Source of the DNA: a virus
Lineage: Duplodnaviria > Caudoviricetes
Strand: one strand, 5' to 3'
DNA: 64,000 nucleotides
IMG/VR virus record: IMGVR_UViG_3300028797_000093
This document shows, in pieces, positions 10,821-21,392 of the stretch. The notes under the pieces were generated by a model, which saw only the letters and a list, made by a program, of their open reading frames with translations, searched no databases and was not told the origin of the DNA. The stretch's first letter is position 1; each line of letters starts with the position of its first letter. The position numbers and the translations under genes were made by a program.

Positions 10821-12695
10821 TTATGCCTGATAAGGAGCGTTGGCAGTGTAGTCGTTGTAGTCACTGGTCCCGATGGGATTGGTGTTGGGAACCTCAGACC
10901 GCAGGCCAGTGGGGTTCAGGATCTGGAGACGGCCCTGGACAGGCTGATACTCAACAGTCTTGAACCGCTCGAAGGCATGGATTGCGGGGAGTGCAGGATT
11001 CTTAGCGTTGCGGATTTCGTTGCTGACGTACATCTGGTAATCGTAGATACGATACACGATACGGTCAGTGTTCTTGGGGCAGAGGACAACGATCATGTTG
11101 TTGTTGTCACGGAGCTTGTCGCTGGAGATGAACTGATATACACGATTGTCACTGGAGACAACGGTCTTCTTGAAGTCAAGAGTAGCAGGACCGATGTTGG
11201 CAGGAGTCTCATAGGTGTACTCAGTAGGAGTGATCTTACGGATCAGGTCGGGGCGACCAAAGACGCTGATAGTCATGTTGGGATCGTTCAGTACCTGGAG
11301 CAGGTAGGTCACATGAGTATCAAGAGCGTCCATGAAGGTCTTACGACGCCACTCGACATGGTCGAGAGCATAACCGGCACGAGGAGCGAAGTCGAAGGTG
11401 CTAGCCAGCTTCTGGGTGCTGGGGATATGCATGAAGGACTCGTCAAGGAAAGACTTGATCTTGTCGTCCTTGTAGTTGCCAAGAACGCTCTTAACCAGAG
11501 ACAGGATCTTGGACAGCTGGTTGACCTGATAGAGGGCGGAGATGTCCTTTACCTCTTCAGGGCTGACAGTGGTGTTGATGGGAATAGCTTCGGGGATCTC
11601 CACGATGTCAGTACGAACCTTCCAGCTGACGGAGCAGGTGGGCAGGTTGGCGCTACTGGTGTCGAGACGAGCCTTCAGCTTAACCTTGGTGATAGCACCG
11701 TTGGTGGAAGACAGAACGAAAGCGTTCTTCTTTACGTAACCAGCGATGACATCATCCTTGTGCTGCTCGGCATTGTTGTTATCGAAGTAAGTCAGATGGA
11801 AGCCTTCCATGATCTGACGATCGTACTCGCCGTAAGCAGGAGTGAACTTCATTACTGCAGGATACCAGAGGTCCTTGGAGCCAGCGGTAACAGTGGTGCC
11901 GTCGACATAAGTGCCATCAGGCAGATAGTCACCAACACGATAATACACACCAGGTACATAGACCTCGGAGATGTAGGACTCGATGGAGATGTTGTCACCA
12001 TTGCTGCCACCGATAGCGGTGACACAAACAGGAGTACCATGGCCATCAGGAGTTACAGCAGTGCCACCAACCTTGATGTAGCTGTTGGCATTGGTCTGGT
12101 TGTCAACTTCCTTGATGGGCAGAGTCATCTCGATCTCGGTGAAAGGAGCGGTGCTGTCAATGGCAGCAGTCAGCTTGTACTGCTCCTTGTAGAAGTCGAT
12201 CTCTTCACCAGCTGGAGTAGTCAGGATACGCTGCTCCATGGAAAGAGTGAACTTGGGCTCACGTGCGACAAACTTAGGAATGCCACCATTGTCGAACACG
12301 TTGTTCATCATGATGTTCTTGTGGATGGGAAAGGTCATACCAATGACGGGGTTTACAGCACCAAGAGCTGCATTCTCAAGAATGGCCTCACGGTCATTCA
12401 GATACATCTCTTCTGCATCCTCGCACAGGTCTTCCAGTTCCTCATGAGTGATCAGTCCAGCCTCAACCTCAGGCTGATACAGCTGGGCAACACCCTCTAC
12501 AAAGTAGTTCTTCAGAGCATTGTCAGTACTCTTCAGCATCATAGCCTTGTAGGGCTCGGAGAATACGTCGATTCCAGCTTCATGAAGCATGGACTCGCAC
12601 AGATTCTTATACTCTTCAGCATACTTGCGAATGGGATCCTTGGAATAACCACGGCCCATGTTCGCAGTGCTAGCACGATTACCAACACTAGGCAT
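10821..12695 (-). CDS. major capsid protein (precursor)
   Basis: 624 aa; strongest high-expression codon bias in the window; late promoter; acidic N-terminal region ending ILE like a cleaved propeptide; jumbo-phage structural context. Confidence 0.8.
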   Translation of the reverse strand: MPSVGNRASTANMGRGYSKDPIRKYAEEYKNLCESMLHEAGIDVFSEPYKAMMLKSTDNALKNYFVEGVAQLYQPEVEAGLITHEELEDLCEDAEEMYLNDREAILENAALGAVNPVIGMTFPIHKNIMMNNVFDNGGIPKFVAREPKFTLSMEQRILTTPAGEEIDFYKEQYKLTAAIDSTAPFTEIEMTLPIKEVDNQTNANSYIKVGGTAVTPDGHGTPVCVTAIGGSNGDNISIESYISEVYVPGVYYRVGDYLPDGTYVDGTTVTAGSKDLWYPAVMKFTPAYGEYDRQIMEGFHLTYFDNNNAEQHKDDVIAGYVKKNAFVLSSTNGAITKVKLKARLDTSSANLPTCSVSWKVRTDIVEIPEAIPINTTVSPEEVKDISALYQVNQLSKILSLVKSVLGNYKDDKIKSFLDESFMHIPSTQKLASTFDFAPRAGYALDHVEWRRKTFMDALDTHVTYLLQVLNDPNMTISVFGRPDLIRKITPTEYTYETPANIGPATLDFKKTVVSSDNRVYQFISSDKLRDNNNMIVVLCPKNTDRIVYRIYDYQMYVSNEIRNAKNPALPAIHAFERFKTVEYQPVQGRLQILNPTGLRSEVPNTNPIGTSDYNDYTANAPYQA

Positions 12696-12764
12696 AGTAG
12701 TTTTTTCTCCCTTCGATAAATAAGTTATTAAATAATCCTAAGACTATACATTTAGTCAAAGTTT

Positions 12765-12776
12765 TACTAATATGTT
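12765..12776 (-). promoter_or_regulatory. late promoter AACA-N6-TA (capsid gene)
   Basis: Minus strand AACATATTAGTA; the same motif precedes more than 10 genes. Confidence 0.7.
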
Positions 12777-12798
12777 TAATTGAAGTGATTGAATTGTG

Positions 12799-13386
12799 TT
12801 ATTTATTTTCCTCTTTTGGCTCAATTTCTTTCAAAATAAGGGCTATACCTTCTAAAACAGAGTAGCATTGTTTATAATAGATAAGATTTTCTATATAAGA
12901 TTTACTATCATAGATATAATTCAGATAGTCAACCAATCTATCCTTCATATCTTCCATCTTACCAGTAATATATTCAGATACTTTAATAATAGATTCATTC
13001 TTATTAATAAAGATCACTCTATTCATAATCACATTACAAAGATCATATAGAGTAGCCATATCTTGTCTAAGCTTTCTATCTCTAGCAGCTAATTCTGTAG
13101 CAGATAGATCACCAAACATATTGTTATCTAGTTGCTGTATTTCAGAAGGTGGTTCTTCCTCTATAGGTTCTTCCATACCAACCTCTTCTCCAGCATTAGG
13201 ATCCTCTTCAGGATCTTGCTGTAGATAATCATCATCTACTTGAACTTCATCTTCCTGTGGAGGCTGATTATTCTCTTCTTGTTCTCCACCAGTAGTAGGT
13301 TGAGTTTCATCAATATCATTATTTGCAATCAGCTCATCTACTTCATCTTCGGGAGCTTCATGAATATATCTATTAATAACAGGCAT
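12799..13386 (-). CDS. acidic head-assembly/scaffold-like protein
   Basis: Very acidic N-terminal half, directly upstream of the capsid gene, AACA-N6-TA at 13429-13440. Confidence 0.45.
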   Translation of the reverse strand: MPVINRYIHEAPEDEVDELIANNDIDETQPTTGGEQEENNQPPQEDEVQVDDDYLQQDPEEDPNAGEEVGMEEPIEEEPPSEIQQLDNNMFGDLSATELAARDRKLRQDMATLYDLCNVIMNRVIFINKNESIIKVSEYITGKMEDMKDRLVDYLNYIYDSKSYIENLIYYKQCYSVLEGIALILKEIEPKEENK

Positions 13387-13493
13387 ATCATTTATTCCTT
13401 TCTATTAGAGTATTATTGTATTATCTATTATAAAGATGTTGACCTATATAGATTAATAAAGAGGTAATCCTATAAGGACTACCTCATATATAT

Positions 13494-13982
13494 TTAAAGA
13501 TGTTTAATCATAACAGAAATTGTATTGATTAGTCTGTAATAATCAGAAACTACTTCTTTATTATTCATAAAATCAACAACTTTCATATCCTTTGATTCTA
13601 GTTTAGTTTTTGACTTATTTAAGAAATTAATCCATTCTTTTTTGCTCTTTTTACTCTTGCCATTAGATAACTCTTCTGATATAAATTCAATGGATCCAAT
13701 AATACCAGAAATGGCATAAGATATATATGGTTCTTCATACTTTCCACCATACATATTTTCAAGTAATTGAGCTTCTTTTATACTTGCGCAAATAATATTA
13801 ATTGATTTATTAAAAACAGAAATCTGTTCTCTTTGAAGAGGTTTATCTTCTTTTACATCTTTTTCTGCTGACTTAATAATTTTTTCATATTTATCTATAT
13901 ATTTATTAAAATCATCTTCAAATAGAACCTGATTTATATTATTAATCTTGATAGGATTCTTAGCTGCTTCTACTATATACAT
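13494..13982 (-). CDS. small virion-type protein with NPI N-terminal signal
   Basis: Starts MYIVEAAKNPI. Confidence 0.6.
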   Translation of the reverse strand: MYIVEAAKNPIKINNINQVLFEDDFNKYIDKYEKIIKSAEKDVKEDKPLQREQISVFNKSINIICASIKEAQLLENMYGGKYEEPYISYAISGIIGSIEFISEELSNGKSKKSKKEWINFLNKSKTKLESKDMKVVDFMNNKEVVSDYYRLINTISVMIKHL

Positions 13983-14000
13983 ATATCTTTACCTTTCTAT

Positions 14001-14501
14001 CTATTTATTAATTCTATTAACTCTGCAATATGATTTTACACTATCATATTTCACTTCATATTCAGCAATACCAAGATCATCAGATACAACTACAAAATCT
14101 GTAGCAGGATTACCTTCATAGTCTAGTAGATAGTATCTTAAAATTTTATAATTTTTAACCTTTAGATCTTTGGTATACTCTTCTTTAATAATACTATTTA
14201 TCATATTAATTTCTAAATTAAAATACTTAGGGTGATTAAACATATGCTCTTCTTTTACATATTTCTCAGACTCTTCCTGGAGAGGAAATACAATGAATAC
14301 GTTATCAGCGAGTTCACACTTATATACATGATCTCCAGCATCTTTTAGATATAGATATAATTCAGAATCATTTTCATAATTACTTCTAATTGAAATATGA
14401 TTCTTCTTATAAAAATTCTTTAGTTCAGACTGCCATTTAGTTTCTTTATTAACAGTTTCCATAAGAATAATAGGATTCTTTGCAGCTTCTACTATATACA
14501 T
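14001..14501 (-). CDS. small virion-type protein with NPI N-terminal signal
   Basis: Starts MYIVEAAKNPIILME. Confidence 0.6.
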   Translation of the reverse strand: MYIVEAAKNPIILMETVNKETKWQSELKNFYKKNHISIRSNYENDSELYLYLKDAGDHVYKCELADNVFIVFPLQEESEKYVKEEHMFNHPKYFNLEINMINSIIKEEYTKDLKVKNYKILRYYLLDYEGNPATDFVVVSDDLGIAEYEVKYDSVKSYCRVNRINK

Positions 14502-14528
14502 AAATTAATCTCCTTTTACATATCAAAA

Positions 14529-14577
14529 TCTATTACTAAATCGTCATCTATACAAAAAAAAAACGAAAAAATAGTAA
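14529..14577. repeat. 49-bp promoter-containing segment duplicated in inverted orientation at 20224-20272
   Basis: Reverse complement matches TTACTATTTTTGCG(T)nGTATAGATGACGATTTAGTAATAGA with about 1 mismatch. Confidence 0.8.
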
Positions 14578-14627
14578 AGAAAATAGAATAAAGTTGAGGA
14601 TAACCATAGTAGGTTATCCTCTATATA

Positions 14628-14954
14628 TCATTTATTAATCTTAATAGGGTTCTTATAAGACTCTACCAGTACAGTAGATTCTTTCTTAGGAGACTTATAG
14701 TACTTACTGAGTCTATTATCTTCTCCTACATTAATATCTAGATCCAGCTCTCTGATTCTCTTAATAATTCTTCTTGCTAGAGATTCTTCATATTTGGGTT
14801 CTACTTTATTGAAGAACTTAACAGCTGCTCTTACATGAGCTTCATCATTTAGAGGATATTTCCTCTCTTCAGGAATACCAAACTCTTTATCATCCAGCTT
14901 ATTTCTTTCTTTAGATGTAAGAGCTTTCTCTTGTAGATTAATAGTATATACCAT
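14628..14954 (-). CDS. DUF6582-like protein with C-terminal NPI signal
   Basis: L...ER..L.D..FG.P..RKYPL.DE.HVRAA motif; ends VLVESYKNPIKINK. Confidence 0.65.
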   Translation of the reverse strand: MVYTINLQEKALTSKERNKLDDKEFGIPEERKYPLNDEAHVRAAVKFFNKVEPKYEESLARRIIKRIRELDLDINVGEDNRLSKYYKSPKKESTVLVESYKNPIKINK

Positions 14955-14972
14955 CTTAATTACTCTCCTCTA

Positions 14973-15191
14973 TTATTTGAAATGATCTAGAATATAAAAA
15001 TAGTCTGTAATACAAGTTCCAATATCTGGATTTGTATACTCTATTTTAAACTTATTATCAAGTTGATTATAAGAGATTGTATAATTCATATCTTCAATAC
15101 ATATACCATCATTATGCTTAGCTATATTAATTAATTCTTCTCTTGATATAGTTTTTTCAGCAAACTCTTTACCAGTCAATGGACTTCTCAT
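14973..15191 (-). CDS. hypothetical protein
   Basis: AAGGGG RBS, short ORF. Confidence 0.5.
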   Translation of the reverse strand: MRSPLTGKEFAEKTISREELINIAKHNDGICIEDMNYTISYNQLDNKFKIEYTNPDIGTCITDYFYILDHFK

Positions 15192-15308
15192 ATATAAATT
15201 CCCCTTTTACTAATACACTTATTATTTAAATGTGAATGAATATAAAAAAGAAATATGGAGAGCCTAAACTAATAGACTCCCCATATTTCATTGTATAGTA
15301 TTTCTCTC

Positions 15309-16220
15309 TTACTTATTAGTTACAGCTTTGATAGCATTTTCTTTGGTATCAAAGACTGCAATAAACCCAGACTGATGGCAGAACAACAATCCTTCAACAG
15401 GAGGATCTGATTCTCTGTTGAACCCATACCACTCTTCAGGAAGAGGTTTAATGAATTCTCCAGTTTCATTTTTCTGAACAGAGAGATTCCATCCCTCTTC
15501 TCTCTGAGAAGGAAAGATTACATATTCAGTATCAGGATTGAGTTTACCAAGATAAGGAACATATTTATCAAAAACTATGATATGATTAATCTCATTCTTC
15601 TTAGCTTCTTCAATGATCACTTCAGCATCCTTGCTGGCTTTAATATTTTCCAGTTTCTTATTAATAATAAACATACAGAAGCAGATGGCATCCATAAAGT
15701 TAAATGGAACTTCCTCTTCAGGGTCTCCTACCCATTCGATTTCTGCATTCCATACAGGATTCATCTCATTCAACAAATTGGAGAAATCAGAATTATAAGA
15801 TCTGTCTCCATTATCATAACCATCAATCTTACAGACAAAGTTACGATCAAAGAATCTGTAATCTCTATTGTCCTTGATGACATCAATAAGGTTATGATAT
15901 GCTCTTACCACCTTACCAAAAGAAGCAAAGTTATAAGTCTTATATTCCTTTTCTCCATTGGCATTCTTTCTATAATAACCTCTCCACTCTGCACGAGTAC
16001 CATGGTGATCAAATTCACCACCACCAATATCTACAATAATAACATCTTCTCTATCTTTATATTGATCGACGTTATTATTATTAACCCTAATTACATGAAA
16101 GAGATCTCTTACAGTTCTTCCTGCAGCAATATTGAGGAAAGCAATAGCAAATACTTCATCTGCATGAAATACACCATTGTGAGTTACAATATGATTAATC
16201 TTAGAAAGATCAGGAATCAT
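15309..16220 (-). CDS. MYG1-family (DHH-like) exonuclease
   Basis: THNGVFHADE, DIGGGEFDHH, D..DNG and FCHQSGF motifs. Confidence 0.9.
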   Translation of the reverse strand: MIPDLSKINHIVTHNGVFHADEVFAIAFLNIAAGRTVRDLFHVIRVNNNNVDQYKDREDVIIVDIGGGEFDHHGTRAEWRGYYRKNANGEKEYKTYNFASFGKVVRAYHNLIDVIKDNRDYRFFDRNFVCKIDGYDNGDRSYNSDFSNLLNEMNPVWNAEIEWVGDPEEEVPFNFMDAICFCMFIINKKLENIKASKDAEVIIEEAKKNEINHIIVFDKYVPYLGKLNPDTEYVIFPSQREEGWNLSVQKNETGEFIKPLPEEWYGFNRESDPPVEGLLFCHQSGFIAVFDTKENAIKAVTNK

Positions 16221-16645
16221 ACATCTATATCCTCCTCTTTATTGGTTATAGTATTATAGTAAGCGTAACCAGAATCTTTGGTATAATAAACATCTACTAT
16301 ACCAAGATCTTTAATCATTGCTATACAGGATGCACAAGGTTTAGACATTCTTGGCTCTCCTCTTTTATTCTCTCTATAAATATAAAGTTCCACAGAACTC
16401 CAGTCTATATCACTTCTATTCTTAATCAAACAGAGAGCAGCAATCTCTGCATGAAGACTATGAGGAGTATTATCTGCACTAAATCTCTCTTTATTATAAA
16501 TCTTCTGTATAGGATGAGTCTTGTTACTATTAAACCCAACAGAAAGTATGTAGCCTTTATAAACAGCTACACATCCAACATGATATCTTTTAAAAGTACT
16601 AAATTCAGAAGCTTTCTTTGCTTTTGTAAAGAAATGGACATTCAT
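16217..16645 (-). CDS. cytidine/dCMP deaminase-family protein
   Basis: VG.V...G......G.N, HAE and PCxxC zinc motifs. Confidence 0.88.
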   Translation of the reverse strand: MNVHFFTKAKKASEFSTFKRYHVGCVAVYKGYILSVGFNSNKTHPIQKIYNKERFSADNTPHSLHAEIAALCLIKNRSDIDWSSVELYIYRENKRGEPRMSKPCASCIAMIKDLGIVDVYYTKDSGYAYYNTITNKEEDIDV

Positions 16646-17034
16646 ATATGCTCACCCATGTAACTCCTATCATCAGTTAAACCTATCATATACAGAGGAG
16701 ATATATCCAATACTACAGACACTATAAATAGATAGTATCTATAAGCAGATATTCTTACATACTTTCTATCCTTATTTGCTTTATCAACCTTATGATTTCT
16801 AGCTTCAAGATAATATATATGAGATCTATCTATATTCAATTCTTTAGCCAATGCAGCATAGGTTAAGTTTTGATCTTTTCTCTCTTCTTTCAGTCTTTTT
16901 CCAAAGAGTCCTACAGAGTAATAATCAAATACTTCATCTTCTATAGAGTCTACTTGTTTCTTATACAAATGAAAGTTATCAGGATAATCTTTTTCTAATT
17001 TCTTTAAATACTCCTGCTTGCTAATCAAGATCAA
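16642..17034 (-). CDS. XRE-family HTH protein
   Basis: FGKRLKEER....LT...LA..L.I.RS.I...E. Confidence 0.75.
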   Translation of the reverse strand: MILISKQEYLKKLEKDYPDNFHLYKKQVDSIEDEVFDYYSVGLFGKRLKEERKDQNLTYAALAKELNIDRSHIYYLEARNHKVDKANKDRKYVRISAYRYYLFIVSVVLDISPLYMIGLTDDRSYMGEHI

Positions 17035-17074
17035 TCACTCCTAATAGTGATTCTATTTAATATATGATATATAA

Positions 17075-17410
17075 TCATATAACAGTATCCTTAGAGTAAG
17101 AATACTCTCTAGTAAGTTTATCATTATGATACTCATAAATGATTCTAAAATGTTTATCAAATATATAAGTATAAAAATTAGAGTATATATAGTTTCTATC
17201 ATATACTACTATAGTATCTGATTTGATAGAATAGTATATATGATTAGCCTTACCTTTAATGAGTCTAAAAGGAATTTTATCAAAAGAAGATCCTATACCT
17301 TCAATAGATATTACATCATTAGCATAATTCTTCTTTATAATAAATTTATTGCCATTATGAGAATTCTCTAGAGTAATAGTGATTTCAATATCATTATAAT
17401 CAATATCCAT
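17075..17410 (-). CDS. hypothetical protein
   Basis: AAGGGG RBS. Confidence 0.55.
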   Translation of the reverse strand: MDIDYNDIEITITLENSHNGNKFIIKKNYANDVISIEGIGSSFDKIPFRLIKGKANHIYYSIKSDTIVVYDRNYIYSNFYTYIFDKHFRIIYEYHNDKLTREYSYSKDTVI

Positions 17411-17520
17411 ACTATTATCCCCTTGTATTCTTTTTTATTATTAAAAAGTTGAGGATACTGTATCTGTATAAAAAATAAAAAAATAGAGAGATAGAGAATT
17501 AACTCTATCTCTCATTTAAT

Positions 17521-20085
17521 TTAATAAGATTTACCAACAATAGTATCAGACACAGGAATAACTTTTTGTCCGGATACTTTCATACCATACTGGATTCTCT
17601 GTTTATCTCTTTCTAGAGATCTCTTGATTGTAATTAGCTGTTTGTAAGCAACAAGATCTTCTTTTCTTTCTGCAAGTTCTAGATATTTGTCAACCATCTG
17701 TAATTCAATATCAATCTCATCCAGTACCATCATTCTCTCTTTATTCTTAAACTTTTTAGAGCAGATAATGAATGCTAGAATAGAGATAATAGCAAGTACA
17801 GGGAATTTCATTGCTCCTAGAACTTTAGCAGCACTAGTTAAAGTAGCAGCAGTCTTTGTACCTGCAGCAGCTCCAGCAGCTGCTTTTGCAACAGCACCAG
17901 CTGCAGCTTTAGTACCAACAGATCCAACAGCAGATAGACCTGTAGCACCTAATAGAATCTTTAGTGCTTGAGAAGCAGAAGGACATATAGTACCTTTAAT
18001 AACAGCTTCCCTCTGATTAGTTGTAAATAGTCTTCTGAGTCCTTCAACAAATCTATTTACAGCAGAGTCTATAGATCTTGAAGCTTCTTTCTCTTTATCT
18101 CCAAGATTGGCAACAGCATGAGCCATTCTCTCTTTTGCCATCTTTAGAGTATTACCAAAAGAGGTTTCTAGAATAGATCCATATGTATTATAGGAAGATT
18201 CAATAAGAACCAATACACTATTGATTGTATTATATGCTTTAATATAAGCATAAGCTTCTTCAACAGTCATTACAGGATTCTTCTGTTCTTCTTTAAGAAT
18301 ATTAATACAATCATTGTATGTACTCATAGTACTATATTTATCGGTAATAGTAGCAGAAGATACTCTACCCATTTTAATAGCAGTCAGTCTATTCTCCAGT
18401 AGATTGATTACATGCTCAGGATCTACCAATGGAGCATAGTCTCTATTAAACTTACAAATCTCAACAAGTATATCGTTAGGAATAATAGATATATTTCTAT
18501 CTAAATAAGAATCTATATCTATATACTCATCTACTTTTAATTCATTAAGAATAGCAGGGATATAAGCTAGTATTTGTAGATCTTGTTCTGTTAATTCTTC
18601 TTCATTACCTTCAGTCTTTTCAATACTAATGATATCATCAGAAGACTTACCAGTTACATTAGAGATATAGGTCTCTAGATCTTCAATAAAGTTCTCTATA
18701 TACTTTACATATATAGACAGTCTCTCTTTTTGTTCATCATCCTGTTCTTCAGAGATCTTATCGTGTACAATATCTTTTTCTTTATTAAGAGCTACATTAA
18801 GATCTTCTGCTATATTAACAGGATAATCCATTTCTATAAATCTAGATGATAGGAAGTATAGCCATTCCTTGATTTTATCTAGAGAAGTAAGAGAGTATTC
18901 TACAAGATAAATTCTCATATACTCTATTACTGTCATAATATTAGGAACTAGATCAGACTCTTTATTCTTGAAAAGAATATCAAGCATCTTTAGATAACCA
19001 TCATCTTTATCTTCACTCTTTTTAAATTCATTAAAAGAGTCAATAAAGACTAATGGCTTCTTAGTATTATCAGTAATCATTACAGATTCTTTGGTAATAA
19101 AATTAAAGATAGAATCTTCTACAGTCTTACCAATAATACTATTATTAAACTTATCCTTAACTTCAGGATCTTCCATAATATATGAGAGTCCTAATTTATA
19201 GGGATCAGTTATCACAGTAGCATCTAGTACTAGCTTACAAGTATTAGCACCATCATGCTTCAGCATAAAGTAATTACAAGCTGATTCAAACATAGTAGAC
19301 AAATCAATATTATAACCAAATTTACTAAGTCCATACCATACTGTTTCCAGTGTAGTATTCAATTTAATAGTATCTGAAGTATTATATGTATCAATAAGAT
19401 TACATATAGACAGTACTGTTTCTTGAATATTATCTCCATTATAATTCTCAATCAGTACTTTATCTAAATTAAATCTCTTAGATATCATATCATAATTCTT
19501 CAGAATTCTATCTATATGAACCATCTTAGTAGTTTGCTCAAGAATGCTTAAATAAGCAGATTCCATATTAACGAAATCTGCACCAACATCATTAATCTCA
19601 CCAGTATCTGCAGCAACAGCTGTAGAAGAATTATTTGCTTGAGTATTATTATCTATATCACTGATTTTATTGATAATATTTTGAATAGAGTCATCTACAC
19701 CAGAAGTACCAAAAGACTTGCCAACCTCTATTTTGATCTTTCTATTAAACCATCCTAGTTTAGAAGATATAGATCTTTGTAGAGAATCAGCATCTCTAAA
19801 CTTTAGTACTATAGCCTCATTAATAATATCTACACATCTATCAATCTGGTATTTAGATGCTTTAGATTCAGACAATCTATCTATTAGAGCAATAGCTTTG
19901 TATGCTCTTTCTTCTATAGTTCTTCCAGGTAATCTATACCATTGCTCTAAACAGGTAATAATAGAAGAGAATTTACCTGTTTTAACTGCCATATTATACA
20001 CAGAATCTATAGTATTATTGGTCATACTAACAGATTCCGATAGTGCTTTGAGACGCTTATTTATGTCAACGAGTTTAATAATCAC
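17521..20085 (-). CDS. large probable virion protein
   Basis: 854 aa; repeated L/I-x-E motifs; Ala-rich and hydrophobic segment near the C-terminus. Confidence 0.5.
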   Translation of the reverse strand: MIIKLVDINKRLKALSESVSMTNNTIDSVYNMAVKTGKFSSIITCLEQWYRLPGRTIEERAYKAIALIDRLSESKASKYQIDRCVDIINEAIVLKFRDADSLQRSISSKLGWFNRKIKIEVGKSFGTSGVDDSIQNIINKISDIDNNTQANNSSTAVAADTGEINDVGADFVNMESAYLSILEQTTKMVHIDRILKNYDMISKRFNLDKVLIENYNGDNIQETVLSICNLIDTYNTSDTIKLNTTLETVWYGLSKFGYNIDLSTMFESACNYFMLKHDGANTCKLVLDATVITDPYKLGLSYIMEDPEVKDKFNNSIIGKTVEDSIFNFITKESVMITDNTKKPLVFIDSFNEFKKSEDKDDGYLKMLDILFKNKESDLVPNIMTVIEYMRIYLVEYSLTSLDKIKEWLYFLSSRFIEMDYPVNIAEDLNVALNKEKDIVHDKISEEQDDEQKERLSIYVKYIENFIEDLETYISNVTGKSSDDIISIEKTEGNEEELTEQDLQILAYIPAILNELKVDEYIDIDSYLDRNISIIPNDILVEICKFNRDYAPLVDPEHVINLLENRLTAIKMGRVSSATITDKYSTMSTYNDCINILKEEQKNPVMTVEEAYAYIKAYNTINSVLVLIESSYNTYGSILETSFGNTLKMAKERMAHAVANLGDKEKEASRSIDSAVNRFVEGLRRLFTTNQREAVIKGTICPSASQALKILLGATGLSAVGSVGTKAAAGAVAKAAAGAAAGTKTAATLTSAAKVLGAMKFPVLAIISILAFIICSKKFKNKERMMVLDEIDIELQMVDKYLELAERKEDLVAYKQLITIKRSLERDKQRIQYGMKVSGQKVIPVSDTIVGKSY

Positions 20086-20298
20086 TATTAAAACCCCCTA
20101 ATTAACGAGAAAGTTTATTTATTAATTAGTTATAATTTATGATTATTCAAATAGATTCATATACGTACAATTAGAACACATGTAAGTCTAATAAGACTTA
20201 CATGTAATTTTATAATGAAATCATTACTATTTTTGCGTTTTTTTTTTGTATAGATGACGATTTAGTAATAGACTTTAATTAAGTGAGGTTAAATATAA

Positions 20299-20838
20299 AT
20301 GAATCAAAATACAATGAAACTTATTGAAAATGTTTTAGATACTACAATACAAGAGTCTAGATTAGGTAAATATTATAAACATTATGAAGATAGAACTAAA
20401 GAAATTGAAGGCAAATATAAGGACCTTGAAGATAAAGAAAAAAGAAAAATAAAATATTTTAATGGAAATCCAGAAAAGCTAGAGGATCTCCAAAGAAAGA
20501 AAGAATTAGAGTTAGAAGATCTAAAAACGAAATTCTCAGGAAGACCTGGATATCGTTTAGGTATGGAAAATTATAAATATGCAGCAAATGGAGAACTTGA
20601 TCCAAAGTTTGTTAGAACTACTGCTAAAAGAATAAAAAATACAAATAGTGATACATCTGATCTAAATGATAAGCAAGTTAAAGAACTCCTTCTGATTAAT
20701 CAAAACAATAGACCTCAAGGCAAAGCAGCAGGTCTTCATGATAGAATCAATAAGAGAACAGCTGCTTTTGATACTACAGCTAAACATGAAGCTGCTCTTA
20801 TCTTAATTGAAGCTCTTAATACTCTCCTTAATGAATGA
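20299..20838 (+). CDS. small basic virion-type protein
   Basis: KLIENVL..IQE at the N-terminus and HEAALILIEALNTLLNE at the C-terminus. Confidence 0.6.
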   Translation: MNQNTMKLIENVLDTTIQESRLGKYYKHYEDRTKEIEGKYKDLEDKEKRKIKYFNGNPEKLEDLQRKKELELEDLKTKFSGRPGYRLGMENYKYAANGELDPKFVRTTAKRIKNTNSDTSDLNDKQVKELLLINQNNRPQGKAAGLHDRINKRTAAFDTTAKHEAALILIEALNTLLNE

Positions 20839-20886
20839 GATATAGATATAAGAGGATAACCTACTATGGTTATCCTCTATATCAAT

Positions 20887-21357
20887 TTATTGATGAGTGG
20901 TCACTATAGTTTTTCTGTAATTAAAATTCATATTACTATCATTATCTATAGTTCCAGTAAAAATAGAAGAGATAGATCCTGGCATGTCATATGCTAATAT
21001 TACATATGGATCTCCATACTTCTTTCCTTCATATTTATTTCCCAATATACTACTAGGAGCGATTTCTATATGTAGTCTTTTAAATACACTTTCAATAATT
21101 TTATTTTTCTTTTCTTGATTTCTCATCTGAGATGCAGTCATAAAATATTCTGCTGCACTAGGTATGGATTTATCAAGAATAGGAAGTATATTTGATTCTA
21201 TATAATCTATTGCTTTATCTATATCAATATTCTTTATTCTCTTTGAGATAACTAATTTTGTATTACTATATTTTCCATCAAAAGGTTTATCAGTATATTG
21301 ACTAAAGAGACCTTCATTAAGTACAATAGGATTCTTAGCAGCTTCTACTATATACAT
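20887..21357 (-). CDS. small virion-type protein with NPI signal
   Basis: MYIVEAAKNPIVLNE. Confidence 0.6.
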   Translation of the reverse strand: MYIVEAAKNPIVLNEGLFSQYTDKPFDGKYSNTKLVISKRIKNIDIDKAIDYIESNILPILDKSIPSAAEYFMTASQMRNQEKKNKIIESVFKRLHIEIAPSSILGNKYEGKKYGDPYVILAYDMPGSISSIFTGTIDNDSNMNFNYRKTIVTTHQ

Positions 21358-21392
21358 ATATTATAATCTCCTTGTAATAGTCTTTATTAATC

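Noticed and set aside
10977-12719. Long antisense ORFs (also 35780..37018, 48866..49684)
   Set aside because: Shadow frames of strongly codon-biased sense genes; no RBS or recognisable motifs.
17870-17920. GCA-rich tandem repeat
   Set aside because: It is the Ala-rich coding stretch of 17521..20085.
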